DNA from: Pseudomonadales bacterium
Lineage (GTDB): Bacteria > Pseudomonadota > Gammaproteobacteria > Pseudomonadales > JBECKS01
NCBI GenBank assembly: GCA_965223975.1
Contig: OZ245031.1
Coordinates: 84,145-148,144 of the forward strand
Length of the DNA stretch: 64,000 nt
Direction: 5' to 3'
Part shown: positions 21,577-32,538 of the stretch, piece by piece
Position numbering within the stretch: position 1 is the stretch's first letter
Layout of the letters: each line of letters begins with the position of its first letter
Translations under genes and position numbers: made by a program
The notes under the pieces: generated by a model
Databases searched by the model: none
What the model was told of the DNA's origin: nothing
The model's input: only the letters and a program-made list of their open reading frames with translations

Positions 21577-22515
21577 CTAAATAGCTTGTTTGCCCACATG
21601 AGCGATTAAGCGTCTAAGCCATTGATGGGCGGGGTTATTATGCAGTAAAGGACTCCATGCCATCTTTAGCTCAAACTCCGGAATAAAGAACGGCGGCTCC
21701 TCTATCACTAGGTCACTATTTTTAGCCTGCAACCTAGCTATTTTGCTGGGCAAGGTAGCGATTAAGTCATTGTTTTGGGCCAACAAAGCGGGCATTTGGT
21801 AGTGTCGAGTAAACACACTGATCTGACGTTTTTGGCCGATGCGATCTAAAGCTTGATCGATCCAACCCAGCCCCCCCGAGTTTTGAGGGTTTACTCCAAA
21901 ACCCACCCCCATGCCGGTCTTACTCACCCAGATATGCTGAGCTGCTAAATAGGATTTAAGATTAAAATGGCTAGCTGCTGGATTATTCTTATTCAACAGG
22001 CAAGAAAAAGAGTCCTTCCAAATTGTCACCGAGTGAAAAGATTGAGGAATATCGTTAAAGCGATTGATTGCCATATCCACCTTTCCCTGCTCCATATCGG
22101 TATAGCTCACGTCGCTGGGTGTCAACAGATCTAAAATAATATTAGGCGCTTCGCTGCGCACGGTCTTCACTAAGGGCGCTAATAAAGTAGCCTCAGCGTA
22201 GTCACTAGCCATAATTCTAAAGACCTTGTCGCTTTGATATGGCACAAAGGCCTGTCTGGGCTGAAGGACTTTCTGCATATCAGCGATAACGGCAGCTACC
22301 TTAGGTTGTAGTTCTATAGCTCGCTCAGTTGCGGTCATACCTTCGCTAGAGCGAATTAACAGCGGATCTTCAAATAGATCCCTTAAGCGCTTGAGCCCAT
22401 TGCTCATAGCCGGCTGAGTAATCCCCAAATGCTCCGCCGCGCGAGTTACGCTTTTTTCCTGAAGCAGCACATTCAGGTAAACCAGTAGGTTCAAATCAAC
22501 TCTGGATATATTCAT
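21577..22515 (-). CDS. LysR-family transcriptional regulator
   Basis: N-terminal wHTH (LNLLVYLNVLLQEKSVTRAAEHLGITQPAMSNGLKRLR) followed by a substrate-binding domain. Confidence 0.9.
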   Translation of the reverse strand: MNISRVDLNLLVYLNVLLQEKSVTRAAEHLGITQPAMSNGLKRLRDLFEDPLLIRSSEGMTATERAIELQPKVAAVIADMQKVLQPRQAFVPYQSDKVFRIMASDYAEATLLAPLVKTVRSEAPNIILDLLTPSDVSYTDMEQGKVDMAINRFNDIPQSFHSVTIWKDSFSCLLNKNNPAASHFNLKSYLAAQHIWVSKTGMGVGFGVNPQNSGGLGWIDQALDRIGQKRQISVFTRHYQMPALLAQNNDLIATLPSKIARLQAKNSDLVIEEPPFFIPEFELKMAWSPLLHNNPAHQWLRRLIAHVGKQAI

Positions 22516-22619
22516 AGAATAAATACCTAGTTAACAATTCATAAACTAGAGAGATTATGCCAGAGCAATGGGAAGGCGTCTTTAAATTATTAGACTTTCA
22601 AAGGTTTTTATAGCTTAGG

Positions 22620-23576
22620 CTAGAGGTTGGTCAATGGAATTATGGTTTCTTCACCTTCATCAGCAAAAGCATTCTTCCATAAGGGATCGGTATTAGCGGA
22701 CTCGCTTACCAAGCTTTTGGGCGCTTGAGAAAGCGGCACACGAGAGATAAGTTCGTCTAGCGATACCTTAGACTCGACCTCCTGACCTTTAGAAAGACTA
22801 GAAAAATCAAAGAGTTGGCGATCAGCTAACTGGGTTTTGCGAACATTTTGAATGCTTTTGAAGATGGTCTCTATTCGGCCCGGGTGTTCCTTTTCCCAGT
22901 TTTGAAGCATAGATTTAACGACCTGCCTTTGTAGGTTTTCCTGGGAGCCACAGAGGTTACAAGGAATGATAGGGAAGCCTTTAATCTGCGCGTAATCCTC
23001 TAAGTCCTTTTCCTTACAATAAGCTAGAGGTCGAATCACTACATTCTCACCATCGTCACTCAGCAATTTCGGTGGCATTGCTTTGAGCTGTCCACCATGG
23101 AACATATTTAAAAATAGAGTCTCGACGATATCGTCCCGATGGTGACCTAGCGCGATTTTATCGACTCCATTCTCCTTAGCGTAGCTATAAAGATTCCCTC
23201 GTCTTAAACGGGAGCACAATGAACACGTGGACTTGCCCTCAGGCGTCAGAGCCGTAACTACACTATAGGTGTCCTCTTCGATAATATGAAAAGGCACGCC
23301 CTTCTCACTCAAATAGTTGGGTAGCACGTCCTCGGGAAAACCTGGCTGCTTCTGATCCAGGTTAACCGCTACAATATCAAAGTGAATGGGGGCTGTTTTT
23401 TGAAGATGCAGAAGAACTTCCAACATCGCATAAGAGTCTTTACCTCCGGACAAGCAAACCATGACCTTATCGCCATCTTCGATCATATTGAAATCAATAA
23501 TGGCCTTGCCGGCGTTGCGCCGTAGCCGCTTTTCGAGCTTGTTGGCATGTAGTTTGGTTTGTCGGCTTTGACTCAT
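22620..23576 (-). CDS. ttcA: tRNA 2-thiocytidine(32) synthetase
   Basis: PP-loop CLSGGKDS with the [10 protein letters not shown] and PCNLCGSQ cysteine motifs. Confidence 0.9.
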   Translation of the reverse strand: MSQSRQTKLHANKLEKRLRRNAGKAIIDFNMIEDGDKVMVCLSGGKDSYAMLEVLLHLQKTAPIHFDIVAVNLDQKQPGFPEDVLPNYLSEKGVPFHIIEEDTYSVVTALTPEGKSTCSLCSRLRRGNLYSYAKENGVDKIALGHHRDDIVETLFLNMFHGGQLKAMPPKLLSDDGENVVIRPLAYCKEKDLEDYAQIKGFPIIPCNLCGSQENLQRQVVKSMLQNWEKEHPGRIETIFKSIQNVRKTQLADRQLFDFSSLSKGQEVESKVSLDELISRVPLSQAPKSLVSESANTDPLWKNAFADEGEETIIPLTNL

Positions 23577-23649
23577 GGTTTCGAATATATGCCAGATGTT
23601 AGATTCAGGCTGGCGATCATAACAGACTTAAGACCATCTTTAAAAAGAC

Positions 23650-23686
23650 AAAAAAAAGCCCGGTGAGCTTTCGCTGACCGGGCCTT
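23650..23686 (-). terminator. intrinsic terminator downstream of fimV
   Basis: On the minus strand, GCCCGGT-N13-ACCGGGC is followed by T9. Confidence 0.75.
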
Positions 23687-23699
23687 CTTCAAATATTGT

Positions 23700-26600
23700 T
23701 TACAGCTTATCTAGAAGTGTTTTCGCATCGGCTTTTTGGGAGTCATCGCCCTCGGCCATTACTTCTTCTAAGATATCCTTAGCACCTTCTTCATCACCCA
23801 TATCGATATAGGCTCGTGCTAAGTCAAGCTTGGTAGAAGCTTCGTTGGCTTCGTCAGAGAGGTCGAAATCATCATCACCACCTTCTCCGAACAAGCTATC
23901 GTCGTCACCACCCGCTAGGTTTAAATCAGCGTCTAAATCTAAGTCGTCATCCATTTCCGCTTCTAGACTCAAGTCATCATCAAGATTCAAATCATCATCA
24001 GCACTCAAGTCCAACTCATCACCTGCATCTGCTTCCAAGTCGCCAAGATCAAGTTCATCTCCAGAGTCAGCTTCAAGATCGCCCAGGTCCAAATCATCGC
24101 CTAAATCTAATGAGTCTTCGCCCTCAGCTGAGTCTAGCTCTAGGTCCGCACTAAGATCCAGGTCGCCCGCAAGGTCTTCATCAGCATCAAGCTCTAATTC
24201 ATCATCTCCACCTAAATCAGCCTCTAGATCTAAATCTGCATCACCGTCTAAGGCACCGTCTAAGTCAAGATCAGCATCAAGATCCAATTCATCGTCGCCG
24301 CTACCGTCAAGATCCAGGTCACTATCACCCAAGTCTAAGTCGAGTTCTCCTGAGTCGTCACCATCACCTAGGTCCAAATCAAGCTCTGAATCCAGATCCC
24401 CCAGACCCTCATCAGAATCTAGATCCAAGTCCAAGGCCTCCGAAGAGTCCTCTGATGGCTCCATGATCAAAGTTCCGGACTCATCACCTTCATCGAGGTC
24501 AAGCGAAAGCTCATCATCGCTTCCAGTGTCATCAAGCCCACCTAGATCCAAATCTAGGTCTCCGGCTTCGCTTTCGGAAGCATCATCATCAAAATTTAGA
24601 TCATCTAGGTCTAAGGCATCGTCATCGCTGGAACCTAGATCAAGATCTAGATCACCAAGGTCCAAACCATCTTCTTCAGCAGCCGGCTCTTCAACCACCG
24701 TATCAGACATTAGATCGTCGTCGGAAGAGGCATCACCATCACCCATATCAATATCGCCAACATCAAGAGTTACAGTGTCAGCTAGCTCTTCTTCAACTGC
24801 CGTGTTATCACTTGAACTATCAAAATTTGCATCAAGGTCACTGGCTAAATCGTCGAGGCTAATATCAAATTCGTCTTCACCACTATCTAGATCGAAATCA
24901 CTCGCATCCATACGGGTGGTTGCGTCCATATCAAATTCTTCTTCAGCTTCGACGTTAGCAGGCGCATCTCCGCCTTGCCCTAGAGCATCAATAGCGCTTG
25001 CTTGACTAGGGTCTTCAGCTAGCACCTCTTCTTTGAGTGCTTCAAAAGCAGCTAGATCCCCTGCGCCCTGATAGGCTTCTAACAGTTTCAATTTAACAGC
25101 GGTATCATTATTTCCGTCCGCAATTGCTGCCTTAAGCAGATCAACAGCTTGAGCATGACGATTAAATGAAATGTAGGTATCAGCCTCTGTTAACAAGGTC
25201 TCACTACCTTGTGTACTATCTTCTTGGGAAGCATCTTCCACGCCACCAAAAGCATCATCAGAAAGGCCGTCTACTTCGTCTATGCCGCCTAAGCCTTCAA
25301 AACCATCATCGCCGTCTAGGTCAGCTCCTGTAAATTCGACCTCACCGGATTGATCAGAATTTGATACTCGCTTCTTATATAGAAAAAACCCTAGACCACC
25401 GATTAAAAGAATCGCTATACCACCACCAATTAGAGGAAGCAGGCCCATCAAACCATCCGAGCTAGACTCTTGCGGAGCCGGCGTGGAGGCTAATTTACTT
25501 CGATCAAATGTATCACCTGCTGCACTATTTGGGCTATCTGCACCAGCAGTATCCAACTGCTTTTGACTTTCAGGGTCAGCCTCAAAAACCATTTCATCAC
25601 CAGAAGAGTCACTGGCAGCTGTGTCTTCATAACTTTCGGCGTCACTCATAGCCTCCGCCATTGCCGCAGCTATTTCATCTTCTTCGCTTAAAGCTTGCGT
25701 TTCAGCCGCCGCATTCGAAGCGTCATCAAAAGCAACCTTGGTTTCAACTTCAGGACTCTCTACTACTTCATCAACCGACTCTAGAGTTTTAGTTTGTAAG
25801 CTTTCTACTGGAGCGCTAGTTTCGGTTTGCACACCCTGCTCAGCTAGCATGGCCTGAAGCTTGGCTATCTCTTGATCTTTAAGCGACAGCAGTCTTTCAC
25901 TGGTTTCAACTTGAGACTTTAGGCGATCTCTATCTTGAGCCAGCTGGGAGTTATGACGCTGGATTCGAGCAACCTCATCGGAACTTGCACTACCTTCTCC
26001 ATATCCAGCAGCAGCGACCCCTTCTTCGGTGTCAGCCACTAACTTCATTTGATCACCAACACTGGCGTCGTTTTCAATCGGGCTTACTTGACGAGATCCA
26101 ACCAACTTAGCCGTATCCATGGGTAAGGTGCCACCGTTTGCTGCTGTGCGACCTGCCCACTCCCTATTTTGATCAGCTACTAACCCTAAAGCTTCTCGTG
26201 TAGCAAGCGCTCGAATCTCTTGCTCGCTTGGCATGCGCAAGACTTGGTTTTTTTTAAGGTAATTAATATTGTTATGTTCAAACGCATCCGGGTTTAATGC
26301 CTGAATAGCCAACATCGTTTGCTGGACACTAACAGTTTCAACAGGACGTTCTCTTGAAGCGATCCCCCAAAGGGTCTCATTATCTTGGTTAGTAACGGTA
26401 CGATAAGATTCGGGGCTAACGGTCGCAGGCTCCTGAACAACAGCTTGAGGCTCTTGTGCTGCTGCTTCTTCGACTACTGCTGGTTCGGCGACAACAGGCT
26501 CTGCGGGGTTGGTCTCCTCTGCTACGACTACAGGCTGAATCTTTTCTTCAAATTGAGCAGCATATGATGGCGGATCCAAGAGCAAGGTATACTCTCTCAA

Positions 26601-26957
26601 TAACCTTCCCTCAGGCCATAGAAATTCAACAATAAAATCTAGGAAAGGCTCTGTAACAGGCTCACTGGATACCACCTGTACATAATTTCGGTCTTTTTCA
26701 AATACTACTTTAAACTTAAGCTGATTTAGAAAAAAGCTGCGCTGAACACCCAAGTTTGCGAAATCCTTAGCCGCCGCCAGCTTGGGAATAATTTCATCTT
26801 GTGTTAAATCGCCAACATCGAGAATCTCAATTTCGGCCTCAAGTGGTTGATTTAAATAGGACTTTAAGGTGAGTTCCCCCAAGCCGAATGCCGATGCAAT
26901 ATTGGCTGACACTAGTGTCAGCAAGGCCAACAAGACCTTTATATGAGTTCGAACCAT
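23700..26957 (-). CDS. fimV: FimV/HubP-family polar landmark protein (signal peptide, LysM, TM, hyper-acidic repeats, FimV C-terminal domain)
   Basis: FimV N-terminal block GLGELTLKSYLNQPLEAEIEILDV. LysM-like segment (ETLWGIASRE...NQVLRMP). One TM segment (LLPLIGGGIAILLIGGLGFFLY). A D/L/E/G low-complexity region of about 350 aa. C-terminal TKLDLARAYIDMGDEEGAKDILEEV. The leuB-asd-fimV synteny matches Pseudomonas. Confidence 0.85.
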   Translation of the reverse strand: MVRTHIKVLLALLTLVSANIASAFGLGELTLKSYLNQPLEAEIEILDVGDLTQDEIIPKLAAAKDFANLGVQRSFFLNQLKFKVVFEKDRNYVQVVSSEPVTEPFLDFIVEFLWPEGRLLREYTLLLDPPSYAAQFEEKIQPVVVAEETNPAEPVVAEPAVVEEAAAQEPQAVVQEPATVSPESYRTVTNQDNETLWGIASRERPVETVSVQQTMLAIQALNPDAFEHNNINYLKKNQVLRMPSEQEIRALATREALGLVADQNREWAGRTAANGGTLPMDTAKLVGSRQVSPIENDASVGDQMKLVADTEEGVAAAGYGEGSASSDEVARIQRHNSQLAQDRDRLKSQVETSERLLSLKDQEIAKLQAMLAEQGVQTETSAPVESLQTKTLESVDEVVESPEVETKVAFDDASNAAAETQALSEEDEIAAAMAEAMSDAESYEDTAASDSSGDEMVFEADPESQKQLDTAGADSPNSAAGDTFDRSKLASTPAPQESSSDGLMGLLPLIGGGIAILLIGGLGFFLYKKRVSNSDQSGEVEFTGADLDGDDGFEGLGGIDEVDGLSDDAFGGVEDASQEDSTQGSETLLTEADTYISFNRHAQAVDLLKAAIADGNNDTAVKLKLLEAYQGAGDLAAFEALKEEVLAEDPSQASAIDALGQGGDAPANVEAEEEFDMDATTRMDASDFDLDSGEDEFDISLDDLASDLDANFDSSSDNTAVEEELADTVTLDVGDIDMGDGDASSDDDLMSDTVVEEPAAEEDGLDLGDLDLDLGSSDDDALDLDDLNFDDDASESEAGDLDLDLGGLDDTGSDDELSLDLDEGDESGTLIMEPSEDSSEALDLDLDSDEGLGDLDSELDLDLGDGDDSGELDLDLGDSDLDLDGSGDDELDLDADLDLDGALDGDADLDLEADLGGDDELELDADEDLAGDLDLSADLELDSAEGEDSLDLGDDLDLGDLEADSGDELDLGDLEADAGDELDLSADDDLNLDDDLSLEAEMDDDLDLDADLNLAGGDDDSLFGEGGDDDFDLSDEANEASTKLDLARAYIDMGDEEGAKDILEEVMAEGDDSQKADAKTLLDKL

Positions 26958-27139
26958 CCTGAAACCTATGAAATTATGTCGTTTTATGCTGTCTTTTTTT
27001 ACTTATTTCTCAACACTCATTTGTAAGTATTTGATTTTTATACAAAAAATGAAATGCTGACGCATTTTTGTCATAAACACTCACTAGTCGGTAGAACCAC
27101 TTCCTAGAAAATGCCTGATGTTGTTGCGCTAAGTATCAA

Positions 27140-28162
27140 TTATAAATAGAGTTTTATCAACTTTTCTGCGATCTGAACACTATTTAAAGCAGCACCTTTT
27201 CGAACATTATCCGAGACAACCCATAGATTTATCCCATTTGGGTGGGAAATATCCTCTCGAATACGACTCACATATACAGGGTCCTGCCCCGCTGAATCAG
27301 ATACAGCTGTGGCATAACCTCCATCTTCACGCTCGTCAAGAACCTCAACGCCAGGGGCGCTTTGTAACAGTTCTTTCACTTCATCTGCACGTATCGGGGC
27401 ATTGCACTCGATATGCACGGCTTCCGAATGGCCATAGAAAACAGGCACACGCACACAGGTTGGATTTACTAAAATAGATTCATCTTCAAATATTTTTTTG
27501 GTTTCCCAAACCATTTTCATTTCTTCTTTAGTGTAGCCATTGTCCTGAAATACATCGATATGAGGTAGAGCGTTGAAAGCTATTTGCTTTGGATACACTT
27601 TGCTTTCAACCGGCTTAACATTCAAAAGATTAGCCGTTTGGGTGGCAAGCTCTTCTATCCCTTCTTTTCCCGTTCCGGATACTGCTTGATAGGTACACAC
27701 GTTAATGCGACTAATACCCACTTGGTCGTGAATAGGTTTCAGTGCAACTAACATCTGAATGGTCGAACAGTTAGGGTTAGCGATGATGTTGTGCGTTTTA
27801 TAGTTTTCTAAAGCATCAGGGTTTACTTCTGGAACCACTAAAGGAATATCTTCCTGATAACGAAAGTGCGAAGTATTGTCGATCACAACACAGCCTGCCT
27901 CACCCGCGATAGGGGCATATTTTTCAGAAAGGCTACCACCAGCCGAAAATAGACCGATCTGTGCTTTACTAAAATCGAAATTATCAAGATTTTCCACACG
28001 AACGGATTTACCTTTAAATTGAATCACTTTCCCAGCAGAGCGCTCACTCGCTAGAGGGTAAAGTGTACCGACGGGAAAGTCTCTTTCTTCAAGAATAGAG
28101 ATCATTGTCTCACCCACGGCTCCGGTCGCTCCTACAACTGCAACATCATATGTTTTAGACAT
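27140..28162 (-). CDS. asd: aspartate-semialdehyde dehydrogenase (short ~340-aa form)
   Basis: VVGATGAVG NAD(P) fold and the active-site NPNCSTI block. Confidence 0.85.
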   Translation of the reverse strand: MSKTYDVAVVGATGAVGETMISILEERDFPVGTLYPLASERSAGKVIQFKGKSVRVENLDNFDFSKAQIGLFSAGGSLSEKYAPIAGEAGCVVIDNTSHFRYQEDIPLVVPEVNPDALENYKTHNIIANPNCSTIQMLVALKPIHDQVGISRINVCTYQAVSGTGKEGIEELATQTANLLNVKPVESKVYPKQIAFNALPHIDVFQDNGYTKEEMKMVWETKKIFEDESILVNPTCVRVPVFYGHSEAVHIECNAPIRADEVKELLQSAPGVEVLDEREDGGYATAVSDSAGQDPVYVSRIREDISHPNGINLWVVSDNVRKGAALNSVQIAEKLIKLYL

Positions 28163-28189
28163 ACGTTTTTCCTCTAATCTTTATCTAAC

Positions 28190-29263
28190 TTATTTAATTT
28201 CGTCCAAGACCGCTTGACCCATTTCGCGAGTCGACACCTTGGTGCAACCCTCAGAATAAATGTCAGCGGTTCTTAAATCTTTTTCTAAGACACTAACTAC
28301 GGCGTCTTCTATAAGCTGCGCAGAATCACTGGCTCCAAAGGTATACTTTAACATCATGGCAGCGGATAGAATCGTCGCCAAGGGATTAGCAATACCTTGG
28401 CCAGCTATATCAGGTGCCGAACCATGGCATGGCTCATACATACCTTTATTATTTTTATCTAAAGACGCAGACGGCAGCATACCAATCGATCCGGTCAGCA
28501 TCGCTGCCGCATCCGATAAAATATCACCAAACATATTTCCGGTAACCACCACATCAAATTGTTTTGGTGATCGAATCAATTGCATCGCCGCGTTGTCCAC
28601 ATACATATGGCTTAGCTCAACATCAGGATACTCTTTAGAAAGCTCATCCATTACTTCACGCCATAACTCAGTCACTTCTAACACGTTCGCCTTGTCGACT
28701 GAGCAAAGGCGCTTTCCACGTTTTTGCGCAGCTTCAAACGCAACACGACCAATACGTTTTATCTCTGATTCGTTATAAACGTAGGTATTAAAACCTTCTC
28801 GTTCACCGTTATCGTTAGTACGCACGCCTCTTGGCTGGCCGAAATAAATACCGCCAGTGAGCTCACGGACAATAATCAAATCCAGGCCAGCAACCACTTC
28901 ATCTTTTAGGCTGGAAGCAGAAGCCAGTTGCGGATACAGAATAGCTGGACGCAAGTTAGCGAATAACTCTAGCTCAGAACGAATACCTAATAGGCCTTTT
29001 TCTGGCCGTACAGAAATATCTAGACTCTCCCACTTGGGACCACCCACTGCTCCTAAGAGAATCGCATCCGATGCTTTCGCTTTTGCCATAGTTTCCTCTG
29101 GTAAAGGATGACCTGTCGCGTCATAAGCAGCCCCACCAAGAAGTGCTTCATCCAACTCAATATCCAGGCTATCACGGTCAATGACTTTACGAAGTACGGC
29201 TACCGCCTCCGCCATGATTTCTGGCCCGATACCGTCGCCTGGGAGTGTCAAAATTGTTTTCAT
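28190..29263 (-). CDS. leuB: 3-isopropylmalate dehydrogenase
   Basis: 357 aa with the [26 protein letters not shown] signature. Confidence 0.95.
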   Translation of the reverse strand: MKTILTLPGDGIGPEIMAEAVAVLRKVIDRDSLDIELDEALLGGAAYDATGHPLPEETMAKAKASDAILLGAVGGPKWESLDISVRPEKGLLGIRSELELFANLRPAILYPQLASASSLKDEVVAGLDLIIVRELTGGIYFGQPRGVRTNDNGEREGFNTYVYNESEIKRIGRVAFEAAQKRGKRLCSVDKANVLEVTELWREVMDELSKEYPDVELSHMYVDNAAMQLIRSPKQFDVVVTGNMFGDILSDAAAMLTGSIGMLPSASLDKNNKGMYEPCHGSAPDIAGQGIANPLATILSAAMMLKYTFGASDSAQLIEDAVVSVLEKDLRTADIYSEGCTKVSTREMGQAVLDEIK

Positions 29264-29337
29264 AACTGAGTGTCTTCTCTCTATAAATTTATTGGGTAGT
29301 CAAAATTGGGTAGCCAAAATAGCTTTACTTCGCCGCC

Positions 29338-29985
29338 TTACCGAATGGCACCGTAAAGCCAAGGACTCTCTTGTTGCTGCTTGGCTTCAAAAGCTTTAAT
29401 TGCATCGGCCTCTTTTAAGCTAAGACCAATATCGTCCAAGCCCTCTAGTAAGCAGTGCTTTCTGAAAGCATCTATTTCAAAGCTAAAGGAATTGCCGGCG
29501 GCATCGTAAATGCTTTGGGCTTCAAGATCAATTTCCAATTGATAGCCTTCTTCGGCTTCAACCGAGGCAAATAACTGATCCATCTCAGCATCACTTAAAA
29601 CAATCGCCAGCACTCCATTTTTAAAACAGTTGTTGTAAAAAATATCGGCAAAGCTGGGGGCAATAATGGCTTTAAAACCGTATTCCTGCAAAGCCCAGGG
29701 CGCATGCTCACGACTAGAACCACAGCCAAAATTTTGACGTGTCACCAAGATACCCGCACCCTGATAGCGTGCCTCATTCAAGACAAAGTCTGGATTCAAT
29801 GGTCTTTTAGAACAGTCCTGACCCGGCTCGCCCTGATCAAGGTAACGCCATTCATCAAACAAGTTGACACCAAAACCCGTACGTTTAATCGATTTTAAAA
29901 ACTGTTTAGGAATAATCATGTCGGTATCGACATTTGCCCTATCTAAAGGTGCCACTAACAATCGCTCTTTAATAAACTTATCCAT
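29338..29985 (-). CDS. leuD: 3-isopropylmalate dehydratase small subunit
   Basis: 215 aa with the [13 protein letters not shown] block. Its start overlaps the leuC stop by 1 nt (TAATG). Confidence 0.95.
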   Translation of the reverse strand: MDKFIKERLLVAPLDRANVDTDMIIPKQFLKSIKRTGFGVNLFDEWRYLDQGEPGQDCSKRPLNPDFVLNEARYQGAGILVTRQNFGCGSSREHAPWALQEYGFKAIIAPSFADIFYNNCFKNGVLAIVLSDAEMDQLFASVEAEEGYQLEIDLEAQSIYDAAGNSFSFEIDAFRKHCLLEGLDDIGLSLKEADAIKAFEAKQQQESPWLYGAIR

Positions 29986-31409
29986 TAGTTTGCTCCCAAT
30001 AATTCGTTAACATCGACAAAATGACCCGCCACTGCAGCGGCAGCAGCCATTGCAGGACTCACCAAGTGAGTGCGACCACCATAGCCCTGGCGTCCTTCGA
30101 AGTTTCGGTTTGAGGTTGAAGCGCAATGCTCGCCTTCACCCAACTTGTCATCATTCATAGCAAGACACATAGAACAACCGGGCTCACGCCATTCAAAGCC
30201 AGAATCTAGAAACACCTTATCCAAGCCTTCATCTTCGGCCTGTTTACGAACCAAACCTGATCCCGGCACGACCATGGCTAACTTGATGTTCTCAGCAATC
30301 TTGCGCCCTTTTAATACTTCTGCGGCTTCACGCAAGTCTTCTATGCGTGAGTTTGTGCATGAACCGATAAAGATTTTATCTAAGCGGATATCAGTGATCT
30401 TTTTACCAGGCTCAAAGTCCATGTACTCACAAGCGCGCTCAATGCCTTCTTTTTTCACAGGATCACTTTCATCTGCTGGAATCGGTACACTGCCATCGAC
30501 AGGGGCTACCATTTCAGGCGATGTACCCCAGCTCACTTGCGGCTTGATATCTTCGGCCTTCAACTCAACTACTTTATCAAAGTGCGCGCCTTCATCACTT
30601 TTCAAGTTTGACCATTGCTCAACCGCTTGCTGCCAATGTTCGCCCTTGGGCGAGAAAGGCCTTCCTTCCATATAGTCGATAGTGATCTGATCAACCGCAA
30701 CCATTCCAGCTCGAGCACCGGCTTCAATCGCCATGTTGCACAAGGTCATACGACCTTCCATGCTTAAGGATTCAATCGCACTGCCTGCAAACTCGATGGT
30801 ATGCCCAGTGCCGCCAGCCGTACCAATCTCGCCAATGATGGCCAAGATAATATCTTTGGCGCCAACCCCCTTACCTAATTGACCATCGACACGAACCAAC
30901 ATGTTCTTCATTTTTCGCTGGATCAAGCATTGGGTCGCCAATACGTGCTCGACTTCAGAAGTACCGATACCGTGGGCCAAAGCTCCAAACGCGCCATGGG
31001 TAGCGGTATGAGAATCTCCACATACAATGGTCATACCTGGCAAGGTAGCACCCTGCTCTGGGCCAATCACATGCACGATACCCTGGCGAATATCGTTCAT
31101 CTTAAACTCTAAGATCCCGTATTCTTCGCAATTAGCGTCCAAGGTTTGCACCTGGATACGAGAAGTCTCGTCAGCAATGGCGTCGACACCAGCGCCTTGG
31201 TTCACGGTAGGCACGTTGTGATCGGGAGTCGCCACATTGGCATCGATGCGCCAGGGTTTCCGACCGGCTAACTTTAAACCTTCAAAAGCCTGTGGCGAGG
31301 TCACTTCGTGCAACAAGTGACGATCGATATAGATAAGCGCGGTACCGTCCTCGCGCTCTTTTACCAAGTGGGCATCCCATAATTTGTCATAAAGTGTTCT
31401 TGCAGACAT
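29985..31409 (-). CDS. leuC: 3-isopropylmalate dehydratase large subunit
   Basis: 474 aa with aconitase-family blocks ([19 protein letters not shown]). Confidence 0.95.
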   Translation of the reverse strand: MSARTLYDKLWDAHLVKEREDGTALIYIDRHLLHEVTSPQAFEGLKLAGRKPWRIDANVATPDHNVPTVNQGAGVDAIADETSRIQVQTLDANCEEYGILEFKMNDIRQGIVHVIGPEQGATLPGMTIVCGDSHTATHGAFGALAHGIGTSEVEHVLATQCLIQRKMKNMLVRVDGQLGKGVGAKDIILAIIGEIGTAGGTGHTIEFAGSAIESLSMEGRMTLCNMAIEAGARAGMVAVDQITIDYMEGRPFSPKGEHWQQAVEQWSNLKSDEGAHFDKVVELKAEDIKPQVSWGTSPEMVAPVDGSVPIPADESDPVKKEGIERACEYMDFEPGKKITDIRLDKIFIGSCTNSRIEDLREAAEVLKGRKIAENIKLAMVVPGSGLVRKQAEDEGLDKVFLDSGFEWREPGCSMCLAMNDDKLGEGEHCASTSNRNFEGRQGYGGRTHLVSPAMAAAAAVAGHFVDVNELLGAN

Positions 31410-31507
31410 TTCGCTTCCCCCGAAATCGTAAGTAAATCTGTCTTAATCTGAGCAGCATATTAGTACTTGACACCAAATAACTCCAATTTTATATTTTTAT
31501 ATTATTG

Positions 31508-31522
31508 ATAACTTAAAGTTAT
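31508..31522. promoter_or_regulatory. candidate LysR-type (T-N11-A) operator palindrome ATAACTT-A-AAGTTAT
   Basis: Perfect 7-bp inverted repeat in the divergent leuC / LysR-gene spacer, about 30 bp upstream of the regulator GTG. Confidence 0.4.
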
Positions 31523-31551
31523 ACTTATAGTTGTAGCTAATCGAGAACGCC

Positions 31552-32418
31552 GTGGAACATAACGAACTCAAAACTTTTGTCAGCGTATCCAAGCATGGCT
31601 CCTTTTCTTTGGCGGCAGAGGAGCTTTTCCTTAGCCAGCCAGCAATTAGCAAAAGAATTGCGCTTTTAGAAGACGATCTTGGCGTAAAGCTCTTTGACCG
31701 TATCGGCCACAAAGTCGCGCTCACCAAACACGGCCAAGCCCTATTACCTAAAGCCCAAGCGATTTTATTGGATATGGCCGACATTAAACGCAGTATGAGC
31801 CAGTTAAGCGGTGAGGTTAGCGGCGATCTAATTATTGGCGCTAGTCATCACGTAGGGCTACGCCGTTTGCCCCCGGTTTTAAAACAGTTTTCTAAGGACT
31901 TCCCCGCAGTAAACCTGGATATTAGTTTTGTGGACTCTGAAGAGGCTCACGACGAAGTGTTTCGAGGCGAGTTGGAACTCGCTATTGTAACCATCCCAGA
32001 ACAAGGGCGCGATAAAATATGCGCTAAAAAAATCTGGGATGACCGCTTGCACATCGTAGTGGCTTGCGATCACCCATTAGCATCGAAGGCAAAGATATCT
32101 CTGGAAGATTTATCTCAGTATCGAGCGATACTACCTAGCGAAAAGACCTTTACCCGACGCATCATAGAGAGCACCTTCAGTGACCACGAAATTCCGATAA
32201 AAATAGCGATGAACACCAATTATATAGAAACCATTCGCATGATGGTCTCGATCGGTATGGGCTGGAGTGCCCTACCAGAAACTATGATTGATGAAGAGCT
32301 TGTCGTTTTACCCATCAGCGGTTTAGAAATACACCGCTCTTTAGGCTGCATCTACCACGAAGACCGAACTCTCTCTAACGCAGCAAAGGCACTTTTAGAC
32401 CTACTGCTGGAAAAATAA
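31552..32418 (+). CDS. LysR-family transcriptional regulator (divergent from leuCDB)
   Basis: GTG start. wHTH LKTFVSVSKHGSFSLAAEELFLSQPAISKRIALLE followed by an LTTR effector domain. Confidence 0.85.
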   Translation: MEHNELKTFVSVSKHGSFSLAAEELFLSQPAISKRIALLEDDLGVKLFDRIGHKVALTKHGQALLPKAQAILLDMADIKRSMSQLSGEVSGDLIIGASHHVGLRRLPPVLKQFSKDFPAVNLDISFVDSEEAHDEVFRGELELAIVTIPEQGRDKICAKKIWDDRLHIVVACDHPLASKAKISLEDLSQYRAILPSEKTFTRRIIESTFSDHEIPIKIAMNTNYIETIRMMVSIGMGWSALPETMIDEELVVLPISGLEIHRSLGCIYHEDRTLSNAAKALLDLLLEK

Positions 32419-32538
32419 TCCAAATCAACAGCGCTAACCTGCCGACTTTGTCTCAGGTTTACCTTCTATTTCTTGATATCTCCGCTAGAATGCATTCAAC
32501 ATGAAACACTGCATTTGATTGACTAGGACTTCCACCCC

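Noticed and set aside
23830-25005. 391-aa Ser-rich ORF on the plus strand
   Set aside because: It is the antisense reading of the GA(C/T)/CT(N)-rich acidic repeat region of fimV. The composition is pure low complexity (S/K/P/R), there is no start context, and it is fully nested in a confidently called gene. It is an artefact.
27140-28162. Whether the 340-aa asd is a non-catalytic USG-1-like paralogue rather than the true Asd
   Set aside because: The active-site NPNCSTI block and NAD(P) fold are intact, and it occupies the leuB-asd-fimV slot. Without the rest of the genome I cannot tell whether a longer asd exists elsewhere, so it is called asd with slightly reduced confidence and is not a finding.
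28260-28778. 172-aa antisense ORF inside leuB. Similar cases are 30145-30675 in leuC, 48887-49456 in lpdA, 50561-50968 in sucB and 47044-47322 in sucC.
   Set aside because: All are nested antisense to highly conserved enzyme genes, are Ser/Ala/Pro/Thr-rich as expected from reverse-frame codon bias, and have no start signals. They are typical shadow ORFs.
31497-31784. 95-aa minus-strand ORF overlapping the LysR regulator start
   Set aside because: It overlaps the wHTH-encoding region of a well-supported LTTR gene and has no recognisable features. It is a shadow ORF.
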